A DNA stretch of 42,748 nucleotides from Chthoniobacteraceae bacterium. GTDB taxonomy: Bacteria; Verrucomicrobiota; Verrucomicrobiia; Chthoniobacterales; Chthoniobacteraceae. Made by a program: the position numbers and the translations under genes. Below are positions 10,072 to 18,966 of the stretch, one piece after another. The first letter of the stretch is position 1. Each line of letters starts with the position of its first letter. The notes beneath the pieces are model-generated. The model worked only from the letters and a program-made list of their open reading frames with translations. It was not told the origin of the DNA and did not search any database. The DNA lies in contig JAQTMF010000001.1 of the NCBI GenBank assembly GCA_028714515.1, positions 1 through 42,748 on the forward strand. Reading direction: 5' to 3'.

Positions 10072-10760
10072 ACAAAAAAATCCAAGCGGCGCTGTTCGAT
10101 TTGGACGGCGTCGTCGTCTTTACCGACAAATACCACTACCTCGCCTGGAAGGAATTGAGCGACGAAAACGGCTGGGACTTCTCCGAAGAAATCAACACCG
10201 GTTGCCGGGGCGTTCCCCGGATGGAATCGCTGGAAGTCATCCTGCGGCACAACCGGGTGGAACTCAGCCACGAGCAAAAGACAGCCCTGGCCGACCGCAA
10301 AAACAGGCGTTACGTCGAGCTGCTCCGCACCATCGGCCCGGCGGACATCTACCCCGGCGTGGTCCCGTTTTTGAAAACTCTCCGCGAAAAAGGCTTGAGA
10401 ACCGGCCTCTGTTCCTCAAGCCGCAATGCAAAACTGGTCCTGGAGAACCTAAAGCTCGCGCCGCTCTTCGACCGGGTGGTGACGGGAGACGAAGTCGCCA
10501 AAGCCAAGCCCAACCCGGAGATCTTCCTCCTTGGAGCCAGCCGCCTCGGCATGGAATCCGCCGCGTGCGTGGTGTTCGAAGACGCGCCTTCGGGAGTTGA
10601 CGCCGCGCTTGCCGCCGGGATGAGCTGCGTGGGCGTCGGATCGGCCGAGCAGTTGCCGCTGGCTCCCTCGCATATTCAGGATTACTGTGAAATCGACATG
10701 GACGCCCTGATTCAAACCGGCCTGGCAAAACCGCTCGCGCCGGCCGGGCCGTGGGCATAG
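10068..10760 (+). CDS. pgmB: beta-phosphoglucomutase (HAD superfamily)
   Basis: HAD motif I FDLDGVVVFTD followed by YHYLAWKELSDENG. 230 aa. Translationally coupled to the GH65 phosphorylase, which is the classical pairing. Confidence 0.88.
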   Translation: MNKKIQAALFDLDGVVVFTDKYHYLAWKELSDENGWDFSEEINTGCRGVPRMESLEVILRHNRVELSHEQKTALADRKNRRYVELLRTIGPADIYPGVVPFLKTLREKGLRTGLCSSSRNAKLVLENLKLAPLFDRVVTGDEVAKAKPNPEIFLLGASRLGMESAACVVFEDAPSGVDAALAAGMSCVGVGSAEQLPLAPSHIQDYCEIDMDALIQTGLAKPLAPAGPWA

Positions 10761-10789
10761 AGACTCCCCTTAACAGAAAGAAATACGCC

Positions 10790-12328
10790 ATGAAGCTCAA
10801 TCAAGACGACTATCGCGACAAAGTGCTGGGATGCTGGCTCGGCAAGAATGTGGGCGGCACCCTCGGCGCGCCTTTTGAATGGATACGCCAGGTCAATAAC
10901 GTCAGCTTTTACGTCCAGGAAAACCTCAACGGGCAGCCCATGCCCAACGACGACCTCGACATCCAACTTCTCTGGCTGTGCGCGCTGGAGGAAAAAGGGC
11001 TCCGGTTGAACGCGCATCAGCTCGCGGAATACTGGTGCCTCTACGTCACACCCCATTGGGCCGAGTATGGCACCGCGAAGATCAACATGCGGCAGGGGCT
11101 TCAGCCGCCGCTCTCCGGGACATACCTGAACGCCTTCAAACACAGTTGCGGCTCCTACATTCGCAGCGAGATCTGGGCCTGCATCGCCCCGGGGCTGCCG
11201 CGGATCGCCGCCCGCTATGCCTACGAAGACGCCATCCTTGACCACGGTAACGGCGAGGGGACCTACGCGGAAATCTTTATGGCCGCGTTGGAGAGTGCCG
11301 CGTTTTTGATGAGCGATTTGCGCCGCTTGATCGAGATCGGCCTTTCCTATATTCCGGCTGGCTGCGGCGTTGCCAAAGCAGCGGGCACCGCCCTCGAGTG
11401 CTTCGATCGCGGCCTGACGTGGAAAGAGGCGCGGGAGGAAATCCTCCGGCTCCACGGTGGCGGCACCCTGGGCATGCCGTATCCGGGCAACCCGAATCTG
11501 ACGGGAGTCATGGGCTACGACGTCCCCTCCAACATCGCCCTCACCCTGGTCGGGCTGCTCTACGGCAGGGAAGATTTTGGCCAAGTGCAGTGCATCGCGG
11601 TGAACTGCGGGGAGGATACCGACTGCACGGCGGCCACGGCCGGTTCCGTCTGGGGGATCATCCACGGAGCCAAAGCCATTCCGCAAAAATGGATCGACCC
11701 GATCGGGCACGGCATCAAGACCGTCTGCCTGAACCTGGGCGACCTTGGCACATTTGGCGATCAACTCCCGCAGACCGTGGACGAATTGACCGACCGCACC
11801 CTCCGCATCGGCCGCCTCCTTCTGCTGACCCATCGCGCGGAGAACCTGTGCAGCGCGGAGCCCACCCAGTTGGCGGACGTTGAAATCGGCGCGCTGAAAA
11901 GCGACGACGAGGGCCGCTCCATTTGGGGCGGCATGAACGGGCCGCGTTACGACTTTGACTGCTTCAGCGTGCAGGTGGACTACGGCGAGGAAGGGCCGCT
12001 TATCCGCGACGGGCAACCCAAAGTCGTGACGGTCAAAATCGAAAACCGCTACAAAAAGATCCAGTCAAACCTCTCGCTGCATTGGTATTTGCCCGGGGAG
12101 GGATGGAGAGTCGCGCCCTCCGCCGACGGCTATGCCATGAGCTTCGGCTGGCGGCTCAGCAAACCGCTGACATTCCAATACACCTTTACGGCCGAGCGCG
12201 TCGCCCGTTCCACCAGCCGGGCGGTGTTGGAGATCACCATCGAAGGGCGGCCCACGGCCATGTACGTCCCCATCACCCTCCTCAACGGAAACCACGTCAC
12301 GATGGAAAACGCCTCGCTGGCCGGATAA
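10790..12328 (+). CDS. ADP-ribosylglycohydrolase (ARH/DraG) family protein with a C-terminal beta-sandwich-like extension of about 150 aa
   Basis: N-terminal DKVLGCWLGKNVGGTLGAPFE. Acidic NDDLD. C-terminal metal-binding block NCGEDTDCTAATAGSVWG. ATG at 10790 preferred; a GTG at 10751 overlapping the pgmB stop is an alternative. Confidence 0.8.
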   Translation: MKLNQDDYRDKVLGCWLGKNVGGTLGAPFEWIRQVNNVSFYVQENLNGQPMPNDDLDIQLLWLCALEEKGLRLNAHQLAEYWCLYVTPHWAEYGTAKINMRQGLQPPLSGTYLNAFKHSCGSYIRSEIWACIAPGLPRIAARYAYEDAILDHGNGEGTYAEIFMAALESAAFLMSDLRRLIEIGLSYIPAGCGVAKAAGTALECFDRGLTWKEAREEILRLHGGGTLGMPYPGNPNLTGVMGYDVPSNIALTLVGLLYGREDFGQVQCIAVNCGEDTDCTAATAGSVWGIIHGAKAIPQKWIDPIGHGIKTVCLNLGDLGTFGDQLPQTVDELTDRTLRIGRLLLLTHRAENLCSAEPTQLADVEIGALKSDDEGRSIWGGMNGPRYDFDCFSVQVDYGEEGPLIRDGQPKVVTVKIENRYKKIQSNLSLHWYLPGEGWRVAPSADGYAMSFGWRLSKPLTFQYTFTAERVARSTSRAVLEITIEGRPTAMYVPITLLNGNHVTMENASLAG

Positions 12329-12350
12329 CGAAAGCCCGCCGTCTTACCTT

Positions 12351-14045
12351 ATGAAACGCAAATCCCCCTCTCCTCATGCCGGTCGCGGCGGATCGCTCCT
12401 CCCGCGCGCGGCGCGGACCTCCAAGGCGATGCTCTCCGTCCTGCTCACGGCATCGTGGGCGCTTTTCCAGCAACCCGCCGCCGCGGAAGTCAAGGTGCCG
12501 CAGATCCTTGGCGACCACATGGTCATGCAGCGCCAAATGCCTGTTCCCGTCTGGGGCACCGACACGCCGGGGCAAAAAATCACCGTCAAATTCCGGGACC
12601 AGACCAAAGAAACCACCGCCGCAGCGGACGGGAAATGGATGGTCAAACTCGACCCCTTGCAAGCAGGCGGCCCGGAGAAGATGGTCATCGTGGGTTCCAG
12701 TCAACTCATCCTCAACGACATCCTCGTCGGGGAAGTCTGGGTCGGCTCCGGCCAGTCGAACATGGCCAACTCCGTGAGTATCGGGCTCGAAAACGGCAAG
12801 CGGTTCAACGCCCCGGATACGAAACTCGCCAGCCTGGCCGCCGCCACCTACCCGCAGATCCGCATGTACACGTCCAAAGGAGCCGGGCACGACCAGTGGC
12901 AGGAAGCCGCGCCCGCCAACATCCCGCAATTTTCAGGCCTCCTCTTCTCGTTTGGCGTTCCGTTGCAGCGGGAACTGAACGTCCCGGTCGGCCTCGTCGT
13001 GGGAGCCGTCGGCGGCACACCCTCCTGCATGTGGTTGAGCAAAGAAGCATACCAGACCGATGCGGCATGCACGGATTCCGTAAAAAAATTCGCCACAACG
13101 TATCCCTTCGATGAGTTGCAGAAAAAATACGAAGCCGACAAAGCGGCCTATGACCAAGCCCTGGCCGCCTCCCAGGGAACGGAAAACAAGCCGCGCCTGG
13201 TCCAGCCGCGTCCGCCGGGCAAGGCGGGCGAACCGCTTCCGGGGTGGAAAGTCGGCGATCACTTCGAATCCAGAATCCGTCCCCTCATCCCCTATGCGAT
13301 GCGCGGCGTGCTCTGGGATCAAGGCGAGAGCGGCACCGGCCTCGTCGGCGTCGCCCCGTACACGCTGATGGGAGCCCTCATCCATTCCTGGCGCAAAGAC
13401 TGGGGCCAAGGCGATTTCCCCTTCCTCTACGTCCAGAAACCCAGCGGCGGCGGACTGGCATGGGACGCAAACGACCCGGTGACGAGCCAGGCCGACAAAT
13501 TCGCCCCCGTCGTGGGCAAAGGGCCAAGGCCCAACGACGTGAGCGGGTTTTCCCGCGAGACCTTTCTCAAGATCATGAAATATCCCGGCGCGTCCATGGT
13601 TGCCAGCAGCGATCTCGGCGGCGGCACGCACCCGACGAACAAATCCGGCTATGGAGAACGCGCGGTCCGCGCGGCAATGGGCGCGGTGTATGGCAAGAAA
13701 ATCGAGATCTACGGGCCGCTGTATGAATCCCACGCCATTGAAGGCGATAAGGTCCGCATCAAATTTACGCATACCGGAGACGGTTTGGCATTTCGCAACG
13801 GCGACAAACCGCAAGGCTTTGCCATCGCGGGCGACGACCAAAAATTCGTCTGGGCCGACGCCGCGATCGACGGGACCACGGTGGTCGTCTCCAGCCCCGC
13901 GGTGCCCAAGCCGGCCGCCGTGCGCTATGCGTGGTCCGCCGCGATCCCCTGGGCGAACCTGTTCAGCAAAGGCGGTCTTCCCGCGCAGGCATTCCGCACG
14001 GACGCGTGGCCGGTTCCGTCCGACTTACTCCGGGCCGGGAAATAG
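12351..14045 (+). CDS. sialate O-acetylesterase-like (SASA/DUF303) carbohydrate esterase, secreted
   Basis: Motif GEVWVGSGQSNM (catalytic Ser block) preceded by ILGDHMVMQR. Alternative start at 12429 (MLSVLLTASWALF..., signal-like). Confidence 0.85.
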   Translation: MKRKSPSPHAGRGGSLLPRAARTSKAMLSVLLTASWALFQQPAAAEVKVPQILGDHMVMQRQMPVPVWGTDTPGQKITVKFRDQTKETTAAADGKWMVKLDPLQAGGPEKMVIVGSSQLILNDILVGEVWVGSGQSNMANSVSIGLENGKRFNAPDTKLASLAAATYPQIRMYTSKGAGHDQWQEAAPANIPQFSGLLFSFGVPLQRELNVPVGLVVGAVGGTPSCMWLSKEAYQTDAACTDSVKKFATTYPFDELQKKYEADKAAYDQALAASQGTENKPRLVQPRPPGKAGEPLPGWKVGDHFESRIRPLIPYAMRGVLWDQGESGTGLVGVAPYTLMGALIHSWRKDWGQGDFPFLYVQKPSGGGLAWDANDPVTSQADKFAPVVGKGPRPNDVSGFSRETFLKIMKYPGASMVASSDLGGGTHPTNKSGYGERAVRAAMGAVYGKKIEIYGPLYESHAIEGDKVRIKFTHTGDGLAFRNGDKPQGFAIAGDDQKFVWADAAIDGTTVVVSSPAVPKPAAVRYAWSAAIPWANLFSKGGLPAQAFRTDAWPVPSDLLRAGK

Positions 14046-14271
14046 GCCGCGCCTTCGTTCCCGCCGCCCGCCTTGGCGGATAGAGCCTTCCTATAAATAG
14101 GAAAGACGCCGTTTTTAACACACCAAAGCAAAAGAAGGCTGCCGCGAAACGAGAAATCCTCTCTTGAATCGAGAAACGGTGGATAATGGAATGTGCCGTT
14201 CCGGTAAGCCGGGCGCGTTGTGCAATCGGCGGGAAGGCTTCTAGAGTTGTGTCGAATGGAAAATCCCCCCT

Positions 14272-17200
14272 ATGAACTTCAAAACTCTTCTTTGCCTCTG
14301 CCTTGCCTTGAGCGTGCGGCATGCCTCCCCCGCCGGAACGCCTCCGGGCGGCTCTGAACAAAACGCCGCTGCGTCGGAAGTCTATTATTCCGAGCCTTTC
14401 GAAAACGCGGAGAAAGTCCCCACCGGCTGGGAAATCCAAGGCGATGTTGTGGTTGCCGTTGACGAGCTCCGTGGCAACCCTTCGCTCCGCCTTACCCGCG
14501 CAAAGGAGAAATTCGATGCCGCCGTCGAGGCGGTCAGTCCGGCGGTGTCGGTGAGTGCGGGCAAAGCCGAGATCGGCGGCGCGTTTCGAGCGGCGCTGGT
14601 CTCCCCCGACAACTCCTTTAACGCGGCGATTCAACTCGAATGCCTGGATGCGCACGGCAAGGGAATCAACACCCTGCGCGTCGCGGAATTCTACGGCAAC
14701 GCGAATTGGAGCGTCGTTGCCAAGCCCGTTGAGATCCCGGAAGGGACGGCGAAAGTGCGGCTGCGCATCGCGCTAAACAAAGCCACCGGCCAGTTCTGGG
14801 CGGACGATCTTTCCATCAAATCCCTCGCCAGCCAGGCGGCCGCCGCAAGCCCGGTCAAGCGGATCATCCTGAAAACAGCCACCCTCGGCAACCTCTTCCA
14901 CCCCGGCGATCCGGCCGTGTTTGACGTCACCGTGGAATCTTCGCGCCCGCTCCCACCGGAGAATCGCACGCTATTGGCGCGCGTCACCGACTACTGGGGT
15001 GCGGAGCAAGCCGATCCGATGCCAATCGCACTCGCCGCGCAACCCGGTTCGCAGAAAAGCGTTTTCACCTACGGAGGGCGGATCGATCTCACCGGGTTGA
15101 AATTCGACACCGGCGCCTATTACGAACTGCGCGTGAAGATCGACCCGGGATCGGGAGAACCGGAGCGTGAATTCAGCTCCTTCGCGTTCTTGCCGGAAGC
15201 CGTCACGAAAAAATACCCGCCGAGCGAAATTCCCTTCAGCAGCCGGAATTGGGACAACCGGATCCCGGCCTACTTCGAACTTACAGACCGGCTGGGCATC
15301 CGGCTGGCCGGAATCTGGGGAAGTTGGAAACAGAAGCCGCCCTACGAACCGGCGGCTCCCTGCTGGGAACTCAGCCAAAAGCTCAACCTTGGCACACTCA
15401 GTAATACACCCATGATCCGCGTCGAGCATCAATGGGAAGGCTACGAAAAATACACCGGAGAACCGGTGATCGCGGGAATCCCCTCGTACATCGAAAAATA
15501 CGGGAGCGGCGGGCAGCTCGCGTTCACGTTGGGAAACGAGCCGCCGCCAAGCGGCCCCATTGTTGAAAGAAACGTTGGCCTCTATCAACGCATGTACGAG
15601 CAGATCAAGAAAACCTCGCCGGGCACCTTCGTCCTCGGCACCTCCGTCGGCCCCGAGGAAGAATACTTCAAATACGGCTTCCAGAAATATTGCGACGCCG
15701 TCGATTTCCACACCTACGAAGACAGCAACGGCATCCGGGCGACCTTCGAAAAATACAAGGAGCTGTTTTCCAAATACGGCAGCCCGAAACCGATCTGGTC
15801 AACGGAAATGGGGCTCAACAGCCAGGGCCTCCCGCGCCGCGCCGTTGCCGCCGAGCTTATCAAGAAGTTCTCGTGGTTCTTCTCCTTTGGCGGAGCGAAC
15901 GCCTCCTGGTTCACCATTTGTTATCCCGACCGCGAGGGCCGGTTGCGGGGCGCGGCCGACGATTCGCACAACGTCTTCAACGGCCTGTACGGAAACTACG
16001 CTCCCCGCCTCGACGCGCTGGCGTACTACAACATGGTGAACGGCATCTGCATCAAGAAATTCGCCGATTCCCGGCAGTATCCCGGCGAAATCCACGCCTT
16101 CCTGTTTCTCGACAAGAACGGCGACAATTTTCAGGTATTGTGGAAGGACCGGGGAGCCGCCGACGTCTTCGTGCCGCTGCCCGGCGTCGCCGAGGCAAAG
16201 ATGACACGCATCGACGGCACGGGGGCGCAGCTCGCGGCCTCCGGGAAAGGGCTGACCCTTCGCGTCGGAGAAGATCCCCTGCTGCTTACCTACAACGGCG
16301 GGCAGAAAACACTCCCCGCGCAACTGGGCAAACCGCTCATCACCGTAACAGCAGTGCCGGAGAAAATCACGCGCGGCGAATCCGCGCCCTTTGCCCTGGC
16401 CTGCCACGGCATCTCCGCGCGGGACATTCGCGCGAGCCTGCCGCCCTCCTGGAAAGCCAGCGAAATGCAGGCGGTTGGCGACGAAGTGCGGTTCACCGTC
16501 ACCGCACCGGCGGGCACCGAAGCGCGCTATGTACCGGTCCGCGTCAGCGTGCGGAGCGCGGAACAAGGAGACGCGGACCTGGCAATCGTCCTTCCCGTGC
16601 AGGGGCAACTCACCGAGCGCATCCTGCCCGTATCCACCGAGGACGGCACCCCGGCGGTGGAACTGGTGGTGCGCAACAACAACCAGACCCCCGAAACAAT
16701 CGACTGGAAACTGACACTCCCCCGGGAAGTGCCGCTCCATTCCGGGCGCTACAGCCTCGAGGACACACGGCCGCCCGGTGCCTATTTCAGCCAAGCCTCC
16801 GAGGGGCGCCATACCATTGCGCCGAGGGAAGAGGCAAAGATTCGCATGCCGCTCGCCGGGGTGAACCCGCTCAGCGCCTACAAAGTGCGCGCGACCGTAA
16901 CCGACCGGCTCGGGAGGGCCGATACCAGCGAACGGTTCGTCGGCGGATTTGTGAGCGCGCCCAAAGCCCCCTCGGGCATGGAAATTGACGGAGCCCTCGA
17001 AGAAGCAATCTGGAAGCGAAGCAAACCGGTGCGTATCGACCAAAAGGAGCAATTTTTCAGCCTGGGCTCCAAACACGACTGGTCCGGCCCCGCCGATCTA
17101 TCCGGGGAAGTGCGGTTTCTTTGGGACCAGAAATACTTCTACATCGGCGCGAAAGTGCAAGACAACGTCTTCCGCAACGAAACGGCGGGCGGCTCCGAAA

Positions 17201-17592
17201 TCTGGCGTGGAGACGGCCTGCAACTCCTCATTGACCCCGCGCGAGGCAGCAAAGAGAAGCCCGGGAAATACGATTACGCCCTGGGGATCGGCAAAAGCGG
17301 ACCGAGCGCCTGGTGTTATCTCTCGGCCGACGGACGCGCCCCAGCGGGAGCAGCCAAAGACATCGTGATCGCGGCCAAACGCGCCAGCGACGGGACCGGC
17401 GGAATGACCTACGAAATCGCCATACCCTGGGAGAGGCTCGCGCCCTTTCTGCCGGGCATCGGGGCCAATCTTGGGCTAGCCGTTATTCTGAATGACGACG
17501 ACAGCGCGGGCCGCGATCGGTTTATGACCTGGTTTGGAGACATTCAGACAAAGGAAGTCGATCCCGTCGGAGACGTTATCCTTACGGAATAG
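14272..17592 (+). CDS. large secreted clan GH-A glycoside hydrolase with an N-terminal CBM4_9-like and a C-terminal CBM9/DOMON-like sugar-binding domain
   Basis: Signal peptide MNFKTLLCLCLALSV. Candidate acid/base AFTLGNEPP and nucleophile PIWSTEMG, about 100 aa apart. C-terminal DGALEEAIWKRSKPV...FLWDQKYFYIGAKVQDN resembles CBM9. The exact GH family is not assignable by eye. Confidence 0.75.
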   Translation: MNFKTLLCLCLALSVRHASPAGTPPGGSEQNAAASEVYYSEPFENAEKVPTGWEIQGDVVVAVDELRGNPSLRLTRAKEKFDAAVEAVSPAVSVSAGKAEIGGAFRAALVSPDNSFNAAIQLECLDAHGKGINTLRVAEFYGNANWSVVAKPVEIPEGTAKVRLRIALNKATGQFWADDLSIKSLASQAAAASPVKRIILKTATLGNLFHPGDPAVFDVTVESSRPLPPENRTLLARVTDYWGAEQADPMPIALAAQPGSQKSVFTYGGRIDLTGLKFDTGAYYELRVKIDPGSGEPEREFSSFAFLPEAVTKKYPPSEIPFSSRNWDNRIPAYFELTDRLGIRLAGIWGSWKQKPPYEPAAPCWELSQKLNLGTLSNTPMIRVEHQWEGYEKYTGEPVIAGIPSYIEKYGSGGQLAFTLGNEPPPSGPIVERNVGLYQRMYEQIKKTSPGTFVLGTSVGPEEEYFKYGFQKYCDAVDFHTYEDSNGIRATFEKYKELFSKYGSPKPIWSTEMGLNSQGLPRRAVAAELIKKFSWFFSFGGANASWFTICYPDREGRLRGAADDSHNVFNGLYGNYAPRLDALAYYNMVNGICIKKFADSRQYPGEIHAFLFLDKNGDNFQVLWKDRGAADVFVPLPGVAEAKMTRIDGTGAQLAASGKGLTLRVGEDPLLLTYNGGQKTLPAQLGKPLITVTAVPEKITRGESAPFALACHGISARDIRASLPPSWKASEMQAVGDEVRFTVTAPAGTEARYVPVRVSVRSAEQGDADLAIVLPVQGQLTERILPVSTEDGTPAVELVVRNNNQTPETIDWKLTLPREVPLHSGRYSLEDTRPPGAYFSQASEGRHTIAPREEAKIRMPLAGVNPLSAYKVRATVTDRLGRADTSERFVGGFVSAPKAPSGMEIDGALEEAIWKRSKPVRIDQKEQFFSLGSKHDWSGPADLSGEVRFLWDQKYFYIGAKVQDNVFRNETAGGSEIWRGDGLQLLIDPARGSKEKPGKYDYALGIGKSGPSAWCYLSADGRAPAGAAKDIVIAAKRASDGTGGMTYEIAIPWERLAPFLPGIGANLGLAVILNDDDSAGRDRFMTWFGDIQTKEVDPVGDVILTE

Positions 17593-17879
17593 TACCGGAG
17601 CGGCAGGCATGGGAACCGCGCGAATCCGGGGCGGGCGACCGCCGCAACGTTATAAATAGTCAGTGGAAAACCCTTTGCGACCGATTTGATCAATTTGAAA
17701 AGAAGGCGATCCCGCTGAATGCAATCGGCACGGCAGGTTTGTACAAATTCCTACAATTCTTATGTTCAAAATTATACAACCGCACTCCGAAGTTTGGGGG
17801 GCGGTTTTCCACAGCAGGAAATGTTTTTAGAAAATAATGTTGAACAGGGCGCCGTAAAGACGCGGCCGGCTGTTTTTTC

Positions 17880-18818
17880 TCAAAGAATTCCCGTTCCTGT
17901 AGATTGGATCAATGTGCGGAATATACTTTTGGAAATGCTTGAAAAAAGATACTCCGAAAGATTCGATTTCCGGCTGAGGGCCCGCAACACTCCCCAGCGC
18001 CGTTTCAGCCGCCGCCGTCCCAGCGGCAAAGCTACCAACGAGCCGTCGTTGAGTTCGTCGGCCAACATCCAGCGCGGCAGGATGGCGATGCCCAAGTCCA
18101 GGCGCACAAATTCTTTCACCGCCTGCTCGTCGGCCAGTTCAATGCAGGTCTGGATGCGGATTTTTTCCCGGCGAAAGTAGCCTTCGATCAAGGTGCGCGT
18201 GTAGTCCCCATGCCGAGGCAGAATCATGTGCCGGTTGGAGATCTCTTCACGGACGACCTTGCGTTTGATTGCCCATGGATGCAAGGCGTTGACGACGAAT
18301 TGTAGTTCATCCTCGCCGATGAGTTCGAAGATGATGTCGGGCGGGCTGCTGGCGGGGGCGATGACCACCGCGAGGTCGAGCTTGCCTTCTCTTACTCTCT
18401 CTATGGCCTGAGCGGAGCAACAAGAATCGATTTTGATGGTGTATTCCGGGAAGCTTTCGCGGAACTCTCGGAGCGTGGGAGCAATGAGGGCCTGGAACGA
18501 AGACTGTTCGGCTCCAATGAGAAGCTGCCCCTGTCGCCAATCGTTCCAGGAACCGATTTTGCCGCGAATCTCCTGCATTTTGTTGAGGATTTGCTCAGAA
18601 TCGGAGAGCAGTTCGCGGCCGATGTCGGTGATCTCAAACTTCCGTGAACTGCGGCTGAAAAGGGAGCAGCCCAGATCTTCTTCCAGCGATTTCAGGCAGT
18701 GGCTCACGCCTGAGGCCGTCATGTGCAACTCCTTTGCCGCCAAAGCCATGTTTAACGTGCGAGCCAGGGTGACATAGATTCGCAGGTATTGACTATCGAT
18801 GGACGGTTTTGGAGTCAT
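17880..18818 (-). CDS. LysR-family transcriptional regulator
   Basis: N-terminal wHTH LRIYVTLARTLNMALAAKELHMTASGVSHCLKSLEEDLGCSLFSRSSR. About 312 aa from the ATG at 18818. The track start at 18905 adds 29 non-homologous residues. Divergent from the amide operon. Confidence 0.88.
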   Translation of the reverse strand: MTPKPSIDSQYLRIYVTLARTLNMALAAKELHMTASGVSHCLKSLEEDLGCSLFSRSSRKFEITDIGRELLSDSEQILNKMQEIRGKIGSWNDWRQGQLLIGAEQSSFQALIAPTLREFRESFPEYTIKIDSCCSAQAIERVREGKLDLAVVIAPASSPPDIIFELIGEDELQFVVNALHPWAIKRKVVREEISNRHMILPRHGDYTRTLIEGYFRREKIRIQTCIELADEQAVKEFVRLDLGIAILPRWMLADELNDGSLVALPLGRRRLKRRWGVLRALSRKSNLSEYLFSSISKSIFRTLIQSTGTGIL

Positions 18819-18912
18819 GCGGGCATTGCGGCGCGCCCACCCTGAATGACGGGAGACAAAAGTCAAACATGAAGAATACTTGATGCTGTGTTCAGATTCG
18901 CTCATCGCAAAT

Positions 18913-18927
18913 ATTAGGTTTATGAAT
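18913..18927. promoter_or_regulatory. candidate LysR box (ATT-N9-AAT dyad containing T-N11-A)
   Basis: ATTAGGTTTATGAAT in the 148-bp divergent intergenic region between the LysR gene and the NasS-like gene. Single short motif only. Confidence 0.25.
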
Positions 18928-18966
18928 CCGGCATGGCATGGCTGGTGCTAATGGCTCCAACCCGTC

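Noticed and set aside
17593-17900. att-type direct repeat of the tRNA-Thr 3' end at the left border of the low-GC block
   Set aside because: I could not find any copy of the tRNA 3' segment (AGCCAGCACTCGGACTCGAACC) by eye, and no integrase or excisionase gene is present. The block is therefore reported only as a compositional anomaly.
17719-18180. 153-aa plus-strand ORF beginning in the AT-rich spacer and running antisense into the LysR gene
   Set aside because: Most of it overlaps the LysR C-terminal domain on the opposite strand. It is low-complexity Ser/Arg-rich with no motifs.
17880-18905. Longer N-terminal versions of several track ORFs: LysR to 18905, SGNH to 7650, urtB from 21183, AraC to 34402, ACT to 42569, RHS to 29522, ARH from 10751
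   Set aside because: The extensions lack homology-type motifs. They overlap neighbouring genes or structured intergenic elements. They also displace the expected N-terminal features (wHTH at residue about 7, signal peptides, first TM helix). Internal ATG starts fit better.
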